A stretch of DNA of 64,000 nucleotides from the human T2T-CHM13v2.0 reference genome, Homo sapiens, in assembly GCF_009914755.1 (NCBI RefSeq), contig NC_060946.1; one strand, given 5' to 3'. The notes under the pieces are model-generated. The model saw only the letters and a program-made list of their open reading frames with translations, made no database searches and was not told the DNA's origin. Shown one piece after another: positions 58,715 to 64,000 of this stretch. Both the position numbers and the translations under genes were made by a program. Each line of letters opens with the position of its first letter. Positions within the stretch are counted from its first letter, which is position 1.

Positions 58715-59522
58715 TGAGTAGCTGGGATTACAGGCACCCACCACTACACCTGGCTAATTTTTGGTATTTTTAGTAGAGATGAGGTTTCACCATGTTGGCC
58801 AGGCTGGTCTTGAACTCCTGACCTCAGGTGATCTGCCCGCCTCAGCCTCCAAAAGTGCTGGGACTACAGACGTGAGCCACTGGTGCCCGGCCTGACATAT
58901 ATCTTGAGTAAAAGAGCCTGTGCTGGGCTCTGGGGATGCAGCTGTGAATGTAATCACTGCTGAAGTCCCGTGGGGGAGATAGACACCAAACACACCCACC
59001 AGAAAATGAACACAATCATATCAGAGGAGACACAGCAGGTTGCGTTCATCCGCTGCATGGAGTCCACCTCCCCGGCACCCACCCTCACTTCCTGTTTGCA
59101 GACACTTCCTTGGGTTTTTCCTCCAGCAGGGAAGTGGCTCTGTCTGGTGAGGCTGCTGTGCTGTCTTCCACAGAAGTGACTGAGAGCTGAGAGGCTGGGG
59201 AACTGGGGAACCAGAGTTGCAGGGGCTACAAAGTGACTCGGTTCTGAGTGAGGTCACTGGGCATTCCCATGCAAGGACCTCCCTTGCAGGTAGCTGGGCC
59301 TCCCCTTCTGCAGAGATGAGATAGGCCTAGAGAGGGGAAGCAAGGAGCTCAAGATCACACAGCAGACAAACTGAACAGCTGGGTTGAGAATCCAGGTGTC
59401 CTGAATCCAACGCTGGATTCCTGCTGTCCCTGGGTCTGAGTAGAGCCCATTTCAGCCCCTCCCTCCTGCCTCTGCTGTCGGTCTAGACAGTTCTGGCCCA
59501 ACTCTTTTTTTTTTTTTTTTGA

Positions 59523-59627
<105 letters not shown>

Positions 59628-59773
59628 TGAGTAGCTGGGATTACAGGCATGCACCAACATGTCCGGCTAATTTTTGTATTTTTAGTAGAGATGGGGTTTC
59701 GCCACTTTGGCCAGGCTGGTCTCAAACTCCTGACCTCAGGCGATCCACCTGCCTCGGCCTCCCAAAGTGGTAG

Positions 59774-60371
<598 letters not shown>

Positions 60372-60396
60372 TGATCCTCCTATCTCAGCCTACTGA

Positions 60397-60570
<174 letters not shown>

Positions 60571-60765
60571 TAAATAAATAACTTTAGGAAAAAAAGAAAA
60601 AATAGCCGGGTGAAGTGGCTCATGCCTGTAATCCCAGCACTTTGGGAGGCCGAGGCAGGTGGATTGCTGTTGAGACCAGACTGGGCAACATAGCAAGAAC
60701 CTGTCTCTACCAAAATAAAAATAAAAAAATTAACCAGGCATAGTGGTGGCACACCTGTAGTCCTA

Positions 60766-60930
<165 letters not shown>

Positions 60931-61069
60931 TTAAAATAATGTCTTATACCCCTTCCCCCTGATGTAACACTAGGGATTAAAATAATTGAACAAATAACAT
61001 TATGTATATTTTAATAGAAAACAAAATGAAAGTATTTCCAGACCCCAGAGGCTCTGGTGAGAGGCAGTC

Positions 61070-61260
61070 TAAGGTTGGGGTTAAGAGCATGGACTCAAAA
61101 TTTTCACTCTGCCATTTCCTCTTTGGGTGACCATGGGTCAGTTATTTAACCACTCTGCCTCAGTTTCCCTTTTGCAGTGAGGATAGGAATAACACCCATC
61201 TCACAGGGTTGACTTGAGGAGTAAATGAGGAAATGTATAAACCAGTGTTTGGCACCTATT
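61070..61260 (+). mobile_element. MIR
   Basis: ggttaagagcatggactc...ctctgccatt...ttatttaaccactctgcctcagtttccc...tcacagggtt. Confidence 0.7.
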
Positions 61261-61888
61261 TAGATTAGTATTCTTTTTTTTTTTTTTTTTTGAGACAGAG
61301 TCTCGCTGTGTCATCCAGGCTGGAGCTCAGTGGCACAACCTTGGCAGACTGCAGCCTCTGCCTCCCATGTTCAAGCGATTCTCATGCCTCAGTCTCCCAA
61401 GTAGCTGGGATTACAGGTGCGCACCACCACGCCTGGCTTAATTTTTGTATTTTTAGTAGAGATAGGGTTTCACTATGATGGCCGGTCTGGTCTGGGATTT
61501 CTGACCTCAAGTGATCCACCCACCTTGGCCTCCCAAAGTGCTGGGATTACAGGTGTGAGCCACTGCGCCCAGCCAAGATTAGTATTCTTACTACTTCTTA
61601 TTTCACTGATTAGCGTTTAGCTGGATTCCTTAGAATCGCAATTCAGCCTTAGCCTGCGGCCTTCCTTGTGGCCAAACCTGAATCTCTCTCTACTGAGCTC
61701 ATCTCTGGGACTCTGCGGGGTGGGTGGGGTGTGGGCAGCTGTTGGTGGTACGCAGCTCATTCGTTGGCCCTCTCTGGGCAGCCTGGTGGGCAGGGGCAGC
61801 CCTGGTGGGCACAGCTTACCGTGCTGAGTGTGGGCATGGGCACTCCCTCGCCCTGCAGGGATTCTCATTGATAAAGGTACAGTTTGTG

Positions 61889-61981
61889 GCAGACAGTCCT
61901 TTGTTATGCTGCCTGTATTTTCAGCCTCGCAATGTATTTTCATACCTTCTCTAATAAATCTGCCTTTTGTAATAAAAAAGA
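61889..61981 (+). mobile_element. Short 5'-truncated polyadenylated retrocopy (LTR-like or mRNA 3' end)
   Basis: Perfect 16-bp TSD aaaggtacagtttgtg (61873-61888, 61982-61997), AATAAA at 61953, A-rich tail from 61971. Confidence 0.8.
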
Positions 61982-62438
61982 AAAGGTACAGTTTGTGCCT
62001 TTCATACAACTTGGCCCCTAAATGCAAACCATTTTTATCCCATCTGCTGCTTAAGCAAAGGAAACAGTGATGTGTTCCAACTCTGGAGGCAAAGCTGGCT
62101 GTTCGACTCCCCCAGATGGTCCTGTACTGTACTTTCTGGGCGAGTGGAGGCATTTCAAGAGTGACTTTGACTAGCCTTGACTTTTTACCAGACTGGGTAA
62201 GTTTGGAGCCTGCCCCTGGCTGAGATGTCGTGGTGCTGTGCTGAGTGTTCAGCTGTGCCACCACGCTCAGTGGGTGCCAGTGACCCCGGGCACAACAGAC
62301 AGACCCCCACCCTGGAGGAGCTGCAGCCTGCTCAGGGAGCCAGGGCAGGAGTGAAGGAAGCCGAGTGGCTGTGGGAAATCAGAAAGGGGTTGGGGAGTAA
62401 TGTCAGGATGAAGTCCAGCTTCTTCATGTGGCTTCTAA

Positions 62439-62941
<503 letters not shown>

Positions 62942-63334
62942 TGAGCTGTCAGGGCAGCACCATATGGTTCCTTTCTTTTCCTTTCCTTCACCTCCTCTAC
63001 CCTGGTGGCAGGGAAGCTGCTGGTGTAGCCACACGCGGGTGCTGTGTTCTGTGATCGTACTGTTGCGCCATTGTTCGGATTGGCTCTGTGCAGTAGGAGT
63101 CACTCTCCCCATTTGATGGAGGTTCAGTGAGGTTCATGGCTTGCCCTCAGCACTTGGCTTAAAACTGGAAGCGTCCCCGGGCCCGTGTGAAGCGGGAGCC
63201 AGCTCCTGTCCCACTGCATTAGGTGGTCTGCCTTTAGGTGATGGCTACAGGTCTCAAATCTTCAGCCAGGTTGGGACCTCCTGGGACTCCAGGATCTCCA
63301 CCTGCTTCAGGACCCCTTTCTCATCTCTTGGCAG

Positions 63335-63423
63335 CTGGTGTCTCGCCACCCAGAAAGGGCCTTGCACCCTGTTCCCCGCCGTCTGTAGCACCCACTCCAG
63401 TGGAACCAGAAGATGTGGCTCAG
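63335..63423 (+). CDS. MICALL1: MICALL1 exon 4 (89 nt): (A)GVSPPRKGLAPCSPPSVAPTPVEPEDVAQ; gene continues beyond the window
   Basis: Acceptor ctcttggcag|CT, donor CAG|gtaggc; phase consistent (426 nt cumulative). Confidence 0.93.
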
Positions 63424-64000
63424 GTAGGCAGATACCTGGAGAGGTGGGAGGGCCAGGGGTGGAGGGGGCGAGTTATGTGGACGACTATCATTGCAGTGAC
63501 TGGGTCATGTGAGGAAGTTAGCCCTGACAGTGTTCAGAGGGTGCTTGTTCTCTGTCCCTGCCCTATTGGCTTTGGGAACAGGTGTCCCTGACTGGGGCAG
63601 TGAGGCATGGGTCAGGAGGCCAGTCCCGTTCTATGGGCAGGGAGCCCTACCTCCTTCTCCAGGACTCAGGTGGGGTCAGGAGATGCCAGCTCTGGCAAGG
63701 GGAGAGAGGGCAGTCCACAATGCTGACTTCACCATCATGGGACTGTCAGGAGTTACACACGTAGTAAAGCAAAGATTCCCCTTGATTCCTGTGGAGACAG
63801 CTGTAAACTTCCCGGCTTGATTTCCTTTAATCCTCTCAACAACCCAGGGAGGTCAGCATTATGGGCCCTGGTATACAGATGAGGAAACTGAGGCTCAGTG
63901 AGGTTTAGTCATTTGTCCAAGGTTACTTAGTAAGGAAGTGGGGGCCAACTGCCAGTCACCTGTTTGAAGGGCTTAGAGGAAGTGACACCAGCCCTTCACA

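Overview
Human (primate) genomic DNA that I recognise from the spliced peptides as the EIF3L-MICALL1 region (22q13.1). It holds the last ten coding exons of EIF3L (+ strand, exons 4-13, 1170-34091; 1402 nt of CDS in one frame across GT-AG junctions) and its 3' UTR. About 17 kb of intergenic DNA follows, then the MICALL1 CpG-island promoter and coding exons 1-4 (+ strand, 52051-63423; calponin-homology domain). The rest is very repeat-rich: roughly 100 Alu copies or fragments by hand count, old L1M/L2/MIR pieces, DNA-transposon fossils (Charlie1, Tigger4b, Tigger3a, MER58A), an MLT1 LTR, a U6 pseudogene and a 3'-truncated U4 pseudogene. Almost all ORFs in the supplied track are Alu translations or chance ORFs. 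I found no evidence for a new gene or multi-gene system. The most unusual signals are small structural ones: (1) a 93-nt polyadenylated retrocopy with a perfect 16-bp TSD that places two AATAAA signals in MICALL1 intron 3; (2) two inverted local copies of an Alu 3' end plus its unique flank; (3) an apparently circularly permuted Alu; (4) a U4 fragment fused to an Alu tail; (5) only variant poly(A) signals in the EIF3L 3' UTR, bracketing two antisense Alus. Repeat family names and exon numbers come from remembered consensus sequences and were not verified by search.
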